Shown one piece after another: positions 16,961-24,779 of a DNA stretch of 27,938 bases (the stretch's first letter is position 1; the number at the start of each line of letters is the position of its first letter). Source of the stretch: a virus (Duplodnaviria; Caudoviricetes). Below the pieces are notes generated by a model. It worked only from the letters and a program-made list of their open reading frames with translations. It was not told where the DNA came from and searched no databases. The stretch is from positions 1 to 27,938 of IMG/VR virus record IMGVR_UViG_3300005512_000260; one strand, given 5' to 3'. A program made the translations under genes and the position numbers.

Positions 16961-17466
16961 GATATTTCCTCCTCCTGAATACCGACCGACAAGCAGATCC
17001 CGCTGATCATCTTCAGATAGGCGCTGGCCCGCTCCGACGCAACAAGACGCTCCTCGGTCTCTTTGGCCGTGAGATCATGATCTGGTTTCATCCTCATGGC
17101 GTCTATGGTCGACTGCGAATAGCGGCTGACCTTCCTGAGGTAATCGATCAACTTATCCCGGGAAATGCGCAAGTACTCGCGATTCTCGCCTCTCTGGTTG
17201 ATGTCGTCTGCGTGCATCCGGAGGTGAGACGTCATGGCCTGAGCAAGGTCAGAAAGCAACTGAGGAGAAGCGTCGTCGACTGGGAGCGGCACAACCATTT
17301 TCTCTGGCTCGTACTTCACCATCGTAAGCGTAGCACATACGCCACAACCATTGGCACTCGCTGGGCCAAGTGGCTGCCATCCGTCCTCAATCAATCGTAC
17401 CACATCAACATTGATTGAGAGCGTGTCGTCTCTGATAATTTTGCATGCGATGATCTTTCCGCTCAT
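16957..17466 (-). CDS. Hypothetical protein with DUF1737-like N-terminus
   Basis: V..LIEDGWQPLG motif; GAGGA RBS. Confidence 0.65.
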   Translation of the reverse strand: MSGKIIACKIIRDDTLSINVDVVRLIEDGWQPLGPASANGCGVCATLTMVKYEPEKMVVPLPVDDASPQLLSDLAQAMTSHLRMHADDINQRGENREYLRISRDKLIDYLRKVSRYSQSTIDAMRMKPDHDLTAKETEERLVASERASAYLKMISGICLSVGIQEEEIS

Positions 17467-17485
17467 TGGCGTTTTCCTCTCTCTG

Positions 17486-18202
17486 TTATCCTGTTTGAGG
17501 CGACCGCTGGTCTTCGGGCACGCGAGTCACGTCGTCAACGAACTGGGCGAAGATGTCCAGTTCCCGGTCCTTGTCGTCGTCGGACTTGTTGAATCCCATG
17601 ATCTCTGCAAGACACTTGACGGCAGCGATCTTCGACTCAAGCTCGATCTCGTCGAACTGTCGCTTAATGATGACGTTGCCGGCCTCGTCCCACTGGATGC
17701 GAGTCTTCATCTTCTTGAGTGCCGCCTGGTTGAGGGTCTCAGGTCCGACGTCATACATAGAAACTCCATCGTCACCCATGGTCAGGAAGTCCGAGTGACG
17801 TGCTCTGATCATGTCGGTGAGTATTTGGCAGCACTCCTCCTTGGAGGCCACGCCTTTATCGGCCAGCTTCTCTGCCTGAACCTCTCGCAAATGATCAATT
17901 CTGGCCCGAAACTCAGCTTTTTTCAGCAGTCTTGATGCGTTAGATTCGGCAGCGTGCCCCCGCGCTTTGTAACCTGCATTGATGTAACACTCTGCTGCAA
18001 CGGGAGTTGAGACAGAAAATCCTCCTTTGGCGTTAGCGGTCAGCACTTCTCCATTGATGAGGTTCTGCGCAAACGCCTCCCGGAGTCTGTTCTTCAGGGG
18101 TTTTGACGGGTCTTGGGGCGGCTTCGGATTTTTCGTGCGCGGCCGGCACTTGGGCTTTGCTCGACCCTTCTTCGCTGGGCCTCGGCGCTTTTTGGCTGAC
18201 AT
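17486..18202 (-). CDS. terS: Terminase small subunit
   Basis: EAFAQ...YINAGY...A.SNASRLLK..EFRARI HTH; SK.ECCQILT.M.R; IELESKIAA..CLA..MG. Confidence 0.85.
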   Translation of the reverse strand: MSAKKRRGPAKKGRAKPKCRPRTKNPKPPQDPSKPLKNRLREAFAQNLINGEVLTANAKGGFSVSTPVAAECYINAGYKARGHAAESNASRLLKKAEFRARIDHLREVQAEKLADKGVASKEECCQILTDMIRARHSDFLTMGDDGVSMYDVGPETLNQAALKKMKTRIQWDEAGNVIIKRQFDEIELESKIAAVKCLAEIMGFNKSDDDKDRELDIFAQFVDDVTRVPEDQRSPQTG

Positions 18203-18287
18203 GGTATGCTCCTTTGCTCATTGGCTGGTGGTTTCTACCTGTGGTTTGAAGCGTACACCCCTAGATGTGGTGGTTGCAAGGGGAATC

Positions 18288-18638
18288 CTAGAGGTTTCTG
18301 GACCTCAGATATCTATTCAGCCGCGACCAGTAGAAGTCTGGCTGCTTTGTATCAAGCCACACGAAAGCCGACATTAAGGCATCCGAGATATTCTCATACC
18401 GCATGGTGTCGTCGTTCTCGATAGGAAGCTTCTGGCGCTTGCGCTCATCCAGTGCCTGCCTGTGGTAGGGACTCGGCAGTTTGGCTAGTGCCTCAGGAAT
18501 GGTCATCCCCAAGGGCTCATATTCCATCCTGCACTTCATGCGTCCGCACTCGCAGATTGCCGTGGCGTTGTCGTCCTCGTCAGAGTCTGGGTGCGTTCTT
18601 CCACATACGTCGCATAGTAGCATTCTTTCCTCAGTCAT
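18288..18638 (-). CDS. Hypothetical zinc-ribbon protein (116 aa)
   Basis: CDVC...CECG; start reassigned to ATG 18638 (ATGA overlap). Confidence 0.65.
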   Translation of the reverse strand: MTEERMLLCDVCGRTHPDSDEDDNATAICECGRMKCRMEYEPLGMTIPEALAKLPSPYHRQALDERKRQKLPIENDDTMRYENISDALMSAFVWLDTKQPDFYWSRLNRYLRSRNL

Positions 18639-18946
18639 GTTCTTTTCCCCCTGTTGTGCCCGTATGGGCGCCAGTAGTCGTAGTCTCGTGCCCTGTCCAG
18701 CATACGCCATATGTCCCGAGCGTCCGTCGTGTAAGCGTAGAATCCGATCTCCTTGAGGTGAGCCACCACCTCCTTCACGATGTCCGGAATGGCCTGCCTG
18801 ACCCCCACTCGGATAAAGCGTGGCGCCGGGATGTCGTTCAGGATCGCGAAGTCCCTGAGGATTTTCATGCGGTCGGCGCTGAATCCTGGCCGGCGAGTCG
18901 CCTTCCACTTGGTGATCCGGAGGCCGCGGTACCGTGGCTCTTTCAC
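18635..18946 (-). CDS. Hypothetical protein
   Basis: Stop/start overlaps at both ends; purine-rich RBS. Confidence 0.6.
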   Translation of the reverse strand: MKEPRYRGLRITKWKATRRPGFSADRMKILRDFAILNDIPAPRFIRVGVRQAIPDIVKEVVAHLKEIGFYAYTTDARDIWRMLDRARDYDYWRPYGHNRGKRT

Positions 18947-19647
18947 CCCTCCCCCTTTCCCTGCTCTGCTCCTTTGGCGGCGAGCGCCTTGCGCAACAAC
19001 ACATCGGCTGCATCGCTTTCAACCAGCGGTGAGTCATCGCAGTCATAACCCACCGACAGGTGAATTAGTGCGTCCTTCAGCGCCTCCCTCAGCCGCTCCA
19101 CATTCCCCCGCTGCATGTGCAGCTTTTCTTTTAACCGCTCGCAGTCCCCAGCCAGCACCTCGCGCTCCTCCCTTGCTGCGTCGCGCTCTGCGATGAGATC
19201 AAGGTTTGCTGTGTGTTCGCTTTTGTGAAACTCAACCAGCCCGTTAAGCTTTTCGATCTCCTTCTTGTGGGTTACGCACTTCAGACATTCACCCATACGC
19301 CTTAGCGTGTTAACGGCAGATTCAAGCTCCGCAATACGGCCCTTGTAATGGCGCGACTCGTTGGCTCTTTCCTGCTCCATGCCCCTGAGTTGCGCCTCAA
19401 GCTCCAGATTTCTGCCCGTTGTTTCGCCGCAATTCAGTTCGGCTTCTAGTAGCTGGGCTTCGAGCTCCCTGATGCGCAACCTCAGCACGTCTGCCTCCGC
19501 GCTGGGATCGCCCGATAGTTCCGCTGCTGCCTGCGCTGCGTCGAACTCTGCCAATGCTTGCGGGTCAGTTTGCCAGATGTCGCCACGCTGACATAACGGG
19601 CACGCCCTCACCTCAGCCCCCGCCCCGCTTGCTTGTTGCTTGCTCAT
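18943..19647 (-). CDS. Coiled-coil hypothetical protein
   Basis: CPLC then repeated RIxELE heptads; ead/ea22-like composition. Confidence 0.7.
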   Translation of the reverse strand: MSKQQASGAGAEVRACPLCQRGDIWQTDPQALAEFDAAQAAAELSGDPSAEADVLRLRIRELEAQLLEAELNCGETTGRNLELEAQLRGMEQERANESRHYKGRIAELESAVNTLRRMGECLKCVTHKKEIEKLNGLVEFHKSEHTANLDLIAERDAAREEREVLAGDCERLKEKLHMQRGNVERLREALKDALIHLSVGYDCDDSPLVESDAADVLLRKALAAKGAEQGKGEG

Positions 19648-20357
19648 GATTGCTCCTTAGATGTCCCTGAATTGTTGATTCTTCTGAAAATACCATCAAC
19701 CGCATTAGCCTTCGCCGCATCTGGGTTAACAAACGGGATTGTGTCGTAAAGCTCTAGCCCGTGCCACGCGAACCATGCAATCATCTGCGAAGTGGGGCAA
19801 TCTCCTTCCCCCAGATTCATCTCAACTATAGCCCACTGCACGCGATTCATGATGCCCTCACAACCACGCAGCACCGACATCTCATTACCCTCAACATCGA
19901 CTTTTAACCCGATAGTCCCAGAAAGATGCAGTTCATCTACACGAATCATCTGAACGGGTTGGCCGGACCCCGTTTTGCTCGCTCCCTCGTTCCCGTCCAT
20001 AATGTGGTCAAAGAGCACTGTACCTCTATTCTCCCCGGCCGCCGCTCGGATAATCCTGCATCCTCTGTTTGCGGGAGCGGATACCCGTCCGGGGTCAATC
20101 AGCACGAGATTGGCATCAGGGTTTGACAGCCAAAGCGCGGGCGTCCCCCAGCACACACCGACATCAACGATAGTATCAATTTCACCGTATCCGCCAATTC
20201 TTCGGGCCATGTCTGGCAATCGAGAGATATTCCAGCCTCGACTTAAGTGCGCCCATTTTAACATTCGCCACCACCATGGTCGGTCGCCCATCCCGTAACG
20301 GGGGTCGCACATCCAGTAGTTTTCCCACCTCGCCCCGCCTGCTTGTTTATCGCTCAT
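19644..20357 (-). CDS. FkbM-family SAM-dependent methyltransferase
   Basis: IVDVG..WG, IDP, AAG, RVDEL and LKVDVEGNEMSVLRG motifs; GGAG RBS before ATG 20357. Confidence 0.85.
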   Translation of the reverse strand: MSDKQAGGARWENYWMCDPRYGMGDRPWWWRMLKWAHLSRGWNISRLPDMARRIGGYGEIDTIVDVGVCWGTPALWLSNPDANLVLIDPGRVSAPANRGCRIIRAAAGENRGTVLFDHIMDGNEGASKTGSGQPVQMIRVDELHLSGTIGLKVDVEGNEMSVLRGCEGIMNRVQWAIVEMNLGEGDCPTSQMIAWFAWHGLELYDTIPFVNPDAAKANAVDGIFRRINNSGTSKEQS

Positions 20358-20509
20358 GATTGCTCCTCGCTTCCGACCCACTCAAAACAAGCGGGCTGCA
20401 TACGATCATGTATCCCCGTGTCAACCGCGCAACGATCCCCGCGCTTGCGGTTGTTGCAGTTTCCGCAGCGCCTCGTTATCCGTAAGTCTTGCTCTTTGTC
20501 GCTAGTCAT
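20354..20509 (-). CDS. Small Cys-rich protein (51 aa)
   Basis: Manual translation contains RCGNC...C...ACFEW; ATGA overlap downstream. Confidence 0.55.
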   Translation of the reverse strand: MTSDKEQDLRITRRCGNCNNRKRGDRCAVDTGIHDRMQPACFEWVGSEEQS

Positions 20510-20516
20510 TAGTTGC

Positions 20517-20657
20517 TTACCATTTCTTCTTTATGAGGTCGTTTATTTCGTCGTTGGATTTACCGATAGTGTCGCAAACTCCAGACCAGTAGCCCCATTT
20601 CCAAAAACAATACAATCCCACAGGCACCAAGATTCCGGCTACACAAAACCCGATCAT
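20517..20657 (-). CDS. Small membrane protein (46 aa)
   Basis: Manual translation MIGFCVAGILVPVGLYCFW...; purine-rich RBS. Confidence 0.5.
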   Translation of the reverse strand: MIGFCVAGILVPVGLYCFWKWGYWSGVCDTIGKSNDEINDLIKKKW

Positions 20658-20682
20658 CCTCTCCCCCTCTCTTCATCATCCG

Positions 20683-20733
20683 CGCCAACCGATCGCCTAT
20701 GCGGACGTATTGCCGCATGGCTCGGTGTTATCA
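20683..20733 (+). mobile_element. Short attC-like site (tentative)
   Basis: CGCCAAC-5-GCC[T]ATGC-12-GCATGGC-5-GTTATCA; 51 nt, right spacer one base short. Confidence 0.35.
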
Positions 20734-20913
20734 TAATCCGCACCGCTTGTACTCAGCAACACAGGTCGGTATCAATTTTGCTGGTTTTAGCTCCATTTCT
20801 GTCACTTCCCACTCACTATCATCTCGCTCCATCGAGATCATGCGTCGGATCTGCTGCGATGTCATCGGGTCTGCCTCTGGTGCTCGTGTCACCCTGAACA
20901 GTTGACTTGGCAT
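20731..20913 (-). CDS. Small hypothetical protein
   Basis: AAGGA RBS; ORF track. Confidence 0.6.
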   Translation of the reverse strand: MPSQLFRVTRAPEADPMTSQQIRRMISMERDDSEWEVTEMELKPAKLIPTCVAEYKRCGL

Positions 20914-20924
20914 TTTGTTCCTTT

Positions 20925-21092
20925 CTATTCATCCTTACCATACACCCTCACAACCTCCTCAACCATCGCCCGCGTAAGGCAGTGCCGCCGACAAAGGGCG
21001 GCGACAGAACCGCCTGACAGGAACTCGCGAAGCAGCTTGCGCCTGAATCCAATGCGCAGGTGGTTGATATTGGGTTGTGGTTTGGGTGTCAT
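20925..21092 (-). CDS. Small HTH-like protein (55 aa)
   Basis: Manual translation ...FLSGGSVAALCRRHCLTRAMVEEVVR; weak RBS. Confidence 0.45.
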   Translation of the reverse strand: MTPKPQPNINHLRIGFRRKLLREFLSGGSVAALCRRHCLTRAMVEEVVRVYGKDE

Positions 21093-21124
21093 TGTTTGTC
21101 GCTTATTATCGTTAATATCGTGGA

Positions 21125-21349
21125 TTAGGGCTTGCTAGTAACGTAGTTGGGCACCACGCGGTACGTGAAACCGAGGATGCCGAAATCTTTGCGGCTTTGC
21201 TTTGCGTCAGCTTCGGCGAGCCGCCTTGTGCGAAATCTGTACTCTCCGCACGGATGGCCGCGCAGACGGACCTGTACGGAGAATGGGCCGTGCCCAACAA
21301 TCGGGTCGAGCGTACCCAAAACCCGCGCTTGCGTTGTCTCTGATTTCAT
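21125..21349 (-). CDS. Cassette-borne hypothetical protein
   Basis: AAGGA RBS and ATG lie inside the attC loop; ATGA overlap with the upstream gene. Confidence 0.65.
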   Translation of the reverse strand: MKSETTQARVLGTLDPIVGHGPFSVQVRLRGHPCGEYRFRTRRLAEADAKQSRKDFGILGFTYRVVPNYVTSKP

Positions 21350-21397
21350 TTGGTCCTTTCCGAGCGGGTTTCGGGCCGCTCACCCGTGGCGTTGGCG
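21292..21397 (+). mobile_element. attC: Integron attC recombination site (106 bp)
   Basis: R'' GCCCAAC, 5 nt, L'' GGT[C]GAGC, palindromic centre, L' GCTCACC, 6 nt, R' GTTGGCG. Confidence 0.85.
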
Positions 21398-21579
21398 GAA
21401 CGCTTCGCCGCCTGGTATCGCGCCCGCAGGCTGTCCGGCCTGTTGAGGATCGTCCCCGGCACGCGGTCGCCCGTCTTCTCGTCGCGCTGGTTGTTCAACC
21501 GCACGTACCGGCGCGGTTGCCGCTGCGACTGTTCACCGTACACTGCCCGCCTGATTGCCTTCGCCTTCTTCCCGTTCAT
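21346..21579 (-). CDS. Cassette-borne basic hypothetical protein
   Basis: AAGGAG RBS; MNGKKAKAIRR...RARYQAAK is a common phage small-protein pattern. Confidence 0.75.
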   Translation of the reverse strand: MNGKKAKAIRRAVYGEQSQRQPRRYVRLNNQRDEKTGDRVPGTILNRPDSLRARYQAAKRSANATGERPETRSERTK

Positions 21580-21614
21580 GTCTCTGTCTCCTTTCGTTGT
21601 GTTCCGATCAAAAC

Positions 21615-21675
21615 CGCCAACAAGAGCATGGAGCGCTACGGCGCTCCGCGCCGAGGCTCATGCTCGGCGTTGGAT
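21615..21675 (+). mobile_element. attC: Integron attC recombination site (61 bp, 59-be type)
   Basis: R'' CGCCAAC, 5 nt, L'' CAT[G]GAGC, CGGCGC-TCC-GCGCCG centre, L' GCTCATG, 6 nt, R' GTTGGAT. Confidence 0.9.
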
Positions 21676-21724
21676 TCTATCAGCTTTATCGCAGATGTGA
21701 GTTGCCCCGCCGTCGCTTGTCTCG

Positions 21725-21919
21725 TTATTCATCGTTTCCTTTCCGGGGCAACTGCCCCTGATTTCCTGCGTTCGACACACAACGGTTCAGCAGCCATGCC
21801 ACAAGTATTGCTGTGCCCTGAAACCATGTCCGTTCAATCGCCGTATTCCAATCGCCATCGTTTAGCGCCTGGTGCAAAAAATTTCCCGTCGTCAATCCAG
21901 CCCATGCCAACCAATTCAA
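21725..21919 (-). CDS. Small membrane protein
   Basis: GNFL.QA.....W.TAIERTWFQ motif; GGAGG RBS. Confidence 0.65.
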   Translation of the reverse strand: MNWLAWAGLTTGNFLHQALNDGDWNTAIERTWFQGTAILVAWLLNRCVSNAGNQGQLPRKGNDE

Positions 21920-22197
21920 GAGTCACCTCCAGACTTGCCAAATCCTTCACCCTCCGGTTCTTCCGTGCCGCGCTGGGCGAGCATGGCGTCGGCCATTTCG
22001 TACGCCCACTGTGCGCCTTTACCAAAGTTGCCAATCGCGTCCTCGCTCGTGAATGGTGAAGTTATAATGCCTACCAGCGCCTGCCCCGCGAACCAGTCAC
22101 GCAGGGTCATGCCGCACTGCGTTGGCGCAATCTGTCCGCTCTTGTCTGTTGGCGTTACGGGGAACGCCGCCCCTCCGTCAATCTCCGCGCTCTTCAT
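21916..22197 (-). CDS. Conserved phage hypothetical protein (GMTLRDWFA family)
   Basis: DGG.AFP...GMTLRDWFAGQAL...AYEMADAMLA.R. Confidence 0.85.
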   Translation of the reverse strand: MKSAEIDGGAAFPVTPTDKSGQIAPTQCGMTLRDWFAGQALVGIITSPFTSEDAIGNFGKGAQWAYEMADAMLAQRGTEEPEGEGFGKSGGDS

Positions 22198-22493
22198 GTC
22201 CTCGCCTCCTCCTCGATTGGAATAATTCCACAGCTACGCCCGCAACAGGACATCATTAGATTGGTTTTGTGTTTGTTGGGCCAATGCCCATCTATGTGAA
22301 GCTCGGTTGCCACAAACTGAGTTTCTCCGATGTACGCATTAACAAGGTTAGCGAATACCTCAAACTCAACAACGGTGCCGAACGACTCAAGCCTGTACCG
22401 TCTTGTGAATCCGTGTTCGTCCGGTGGGGCTGCGTTGGCTCCTGCCTTGATAAGTGTCTCTACGTATACGTTATACGCGTTTGGTTCGCTCAT
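22194..22493 (-). CDS. Hypothetical protein
   Basis: GAGGAGG RBS; ATGA overlap downstream. Confidence 0.7.
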   Translation of the reverse strand: MSEPNAYNVYVETLIKAGANAAPPDEHGFTRRYRLESFGTVVEFEVFANLVNAYIGETQFVATELHIDGHWPNKHKTNLMMSCCGRSCGIIPIEEEART

Positions 22494-22505
22494 GTCCTCG
22501 CCTCC

Positions 22506-22691
22506 TCAATTGTCGATGTCTTCAAGCCCTTTGCAGATGCCGTCCCTTAAATTCCCAAGTCTCGGCACGTCCGATTCCTGCTTGCTGCGCTTCGATCCGT
22601 CGCCCCCAGTCACAACATCGAGAGCAGACTCGGCCACATCAATCGGGCATGTTGCTATCTTGATCGCCCTGCTTAACAGCTTTCCAATCAT
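22506..22691 (-). CDS. Small hypothetical protein
   Basis: GAGGAGG RBS; ATGA overlap upstream. Confidence 0.65.
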   Translation of the reverse strand: MIGKLLSRAIKIATCPIDVAESALDVVTGGDGSKRSKQESDVPRLGNLRDGICKGLEDIDN

Positions 22692-22900
22692 CTTCCCGCC
22701 TCCTCGTCGCTTGATGCCTCCATGTCCTTGAATACAGACTTCGCCGCCGGCCAGAAGATCACCCCCACCATCCAGGAGAGCCCGATGCTCACGCTGATCC
22801 AGAGTTCTCCCTTGATGAGGTGTGCCACCACCCCGGTGACCACTGCTGCCATGACGGCGAAGAATACCAGCCCCAAGTCTTCCTTCGATTCATTGCTCAT
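22688..22900 (-). CDS. Small two-TM membrane protein
   Basis: Two hydrophobic helices; overlaps at both ends. Confidence 0.65.
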   Translation of the reverse strand: MSNESKEDLGLVFFAVMAAVVTGVVAHLIKGELWISVSIGLSWMVGVIFWPAAKSVFKDMEASSDEEAGR

Positions 22901-23034
22901 GATGCTTTCTTTCCCCCGCAGAGGGCTGCGAGTATTTCTTTGCGTTTCGTGATGCTCATCCTAACGAGCTCGCGCTCGGTGTAGTCGTCCGTCGCATCGA
23001 GAATCTTCGCTATCTGCATCTCGTAGGCTTTCAT
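22897..23034 (-). CDS. Small hypothetical protein (45 aa)
   Basis: Manual translation MKAYEMQIAKIL...; TGATG and ATGA overlaps fill the gap exactly. Confidence 0.55.
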   Translation of the reverse strand: MKAYEMQIAKILDATDDYTERELVRMSITKRKEILAALCGGKKAS

Positions 23035-23387
23035 CAGAAGGGATATTCTCCATCGTCGTCCTGGCTCATGTCCTCGGGTTCTGCCGGAGGGCGTTGGTCG
23101 AAAGAGTCTCGATCTTCACCGCGGGAAATCTTGATCGCCGCCACGTTCACGAAATGTCGCCCGTTATACTCGTTCCCCCTTAGGGCAAACTGGATGCGAA
23201 CCTCGTCGCCTGGGCTGTAGCGGTCCAGAATTGCGCACCGATCCTTCACCACCTCCATCTTGATATCCTGGGGATACCGGCCGTCGGGCACGGTCAGCAC
23301 GAACTCACGCTTCGTGAATCCGCTGTCGAATGTCTGTATCTCGCCGATCTGCTTAATCGTTCCGTCTATCGGGTATAGCTGTCCCAT
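23034..23387 (-). CDS. DUF3127 family OB-fold/SSB-like protein
   Basis: SGFTKREFV....GRYPQ.I...GDEV.I.F.LRG.EYNGR.F; acidic tail ending DDDGEYPF like SSB-Ct. Confidence 0.85.
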   Translation of the reverse strand: MGQLYPIDGTIKQIGEIQTFDSGFTKREFVLTVPDGRYPQDIKMEVVKDRCAILDRYSPGDEVRIQFALRGNEYNGRHFVNVAAIKISRGEDRDSFDQRPPAEPEDMSQDDDGEYPF

Positions 23388-23390
23388 CGT

Positions 23391-23915
23391 CTACCACCTG
23401 TCCTTTGGTTCTACCCATGGGATTCCGAGCAACTCAAACAGCTCGGACTCTTCTCGCACGGGTACTGTTTCGTCGTCGTGCCTAATCAACATTCCATTGA
23501 AACTATGATAGCCAAGCTGAACCCAGCGGGCAGCAAGGCGTTTCTGGCTGAACTCTGCAGACCCTGTGCGGATCGCGAAAATGAGCCCCCAGTTATCCGG
23601 AGTCGCCATGAACAGGTCCAGATGCATACCGTTTCCGAGAATGCGCTGAGTGTACTTGCCTGTCGGTTTCCCTTTCACGGACTCAAGCTTATTGACCCAT
23701 GCCACGAACCCTGGGTGCCGCTCAGTCTCGTCCCCGAACAACCCGGTCGAAATGGTTTTCGGGATGCAAACGATCTCAATGTCCCCGACCTGGTCCTTCT
23801 CGCGACGAACACTGCCGGCAATCTCAATTCGCTCGCAGTAGGGCTTGAGGTTGATGACGACACACTCAGCCCACTGTAACGCCTCGGCGTACGGATATTT
23901 GGCTCCTTCGCTCAT
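23391..23915 (-). CDS. Minimal family X DNA polymerase-like protein (palm + thumb)
   Basis: IAGSVRR....GDIEIV, LDLF, TGSAEF and EE.ELF.LLG.PWVEP..R motifs. Confidence 0.85.
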   Translation of the reverse strand: MSEGAKYPYAEALQWAECVVINLKPYCERIEIAGSVRREKDQVGDIEIVCIPKTISTGLFGDETERHPGFVAWVNKLESVKGKPTGKYTQRILGNGMHLDLFMATPDNWGLIFAIRTGSAEFSQKRLAARWVQLGYHSFNGMLIRHDDETVPVREESELFELLGIPWVEPKDRW

Positions 23916-23924
23916 GACTTTTCC

Positions 23925-24779
23925 CTATCTCGTGAACCCGTGTTCCTTCTCTGCCCAGTCTTCGACGGCATGGATGACCGTGTGATGGGCCCCGCAGATC
24001 GCGTTCATCTTGTCGAGGTCCGTCTCAGCCGCGAGGAAAACCTCCTTGGCTGCGGTGAGGTGCTTTGACTCGGATGCCAGCTTCTTCTTGACGTCACGGC
24101 CAGTAGACTCGTTGATCTCGTACTCATCCTCCCAGCACTTCTGATGGAACCATGTCCCGCCGTCTTTGAGGGATCGTTCCTTAAATCCGCTCTTGCGCTC
24201 CTGGTCGACGTAGGCGATGTAGTTGTCGATTGCCGCAATGACCTGATCGGCCTCAGGCTTCTCCTTCATGAACGAGCGGCGAGCTCGGTCCTTCCCCGTC
24301 TTCTTCGGGTACGCCTTCCAGCACCGCTCAAACGCCTCTTCTCTTCCCTCTCTGGACTCTCCCTTCTTATCTCCATCTAGAGAGACTCTAGAAGCAGAAG
24401 CAGAGAGTTGCTTGGGTGTTTGCTTGCGATTTGCTTGCGATTTGCTTCCTCCAACACGACCAGCCTCCGCCCGTTTAACGCTGGTATCATGGGCTTTCTT
24501 TATCCTTCGGCACACTATTGTTATGCTTCCGTTTTGCTTGGCTATTTGCCCTGTACCCGTGCTTGCAAGTTCCTCAATTGCGGCTTCCATTTCACACACC
24601 TCGCAACGGCATACCTTGGCCAACATCTTTACGGTCCCGGTAAGCTCGCCAGAGTCACTCAGTCTAGTAGCCGCCAACACATCCATCCATATCCCCCTGG
24701 TAGCGGCAGAGCACATCGTCAGACATGGATCAGAGAGCCAGTCTGCATCAAACCATTTTACCCATGGCATCTTAGGCAT
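23925..24779 (-). CDS. Phage replication initiator/replisome organiser
   Basis: N-terminal PWVKWF..DWLSD..L..CS...RGIW.D; C-terminal FE..WKAYPKK.GK..A and TWF.Q..WEDEY. Confidence 0.8.
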   Translation of the reverse strand: MPKMPWVKWFDADWLSDPCLTMCSAATRGIWMDVLAATRLSDSGELTGTVKMLAKVCRCEVCEMEAAIEELASTGTGQIAKQNGSITIVCRRIKKAHDTSVKRAEAGRVGGSKSQANRKQTPKQLSASASRVSLDGDKKGESREGREEAFERCWKAYPKKTGKDRARRSFMKEKPEADQVIAAIDNYIAYVDQERKSGFKERSLKDGGTWFHQKCWEDEYEINESTGRDVKKKLASESKHLTAAKEVFLAAETDLDKMNAICGAHHTVIHAVEDWAEKEHGFTR

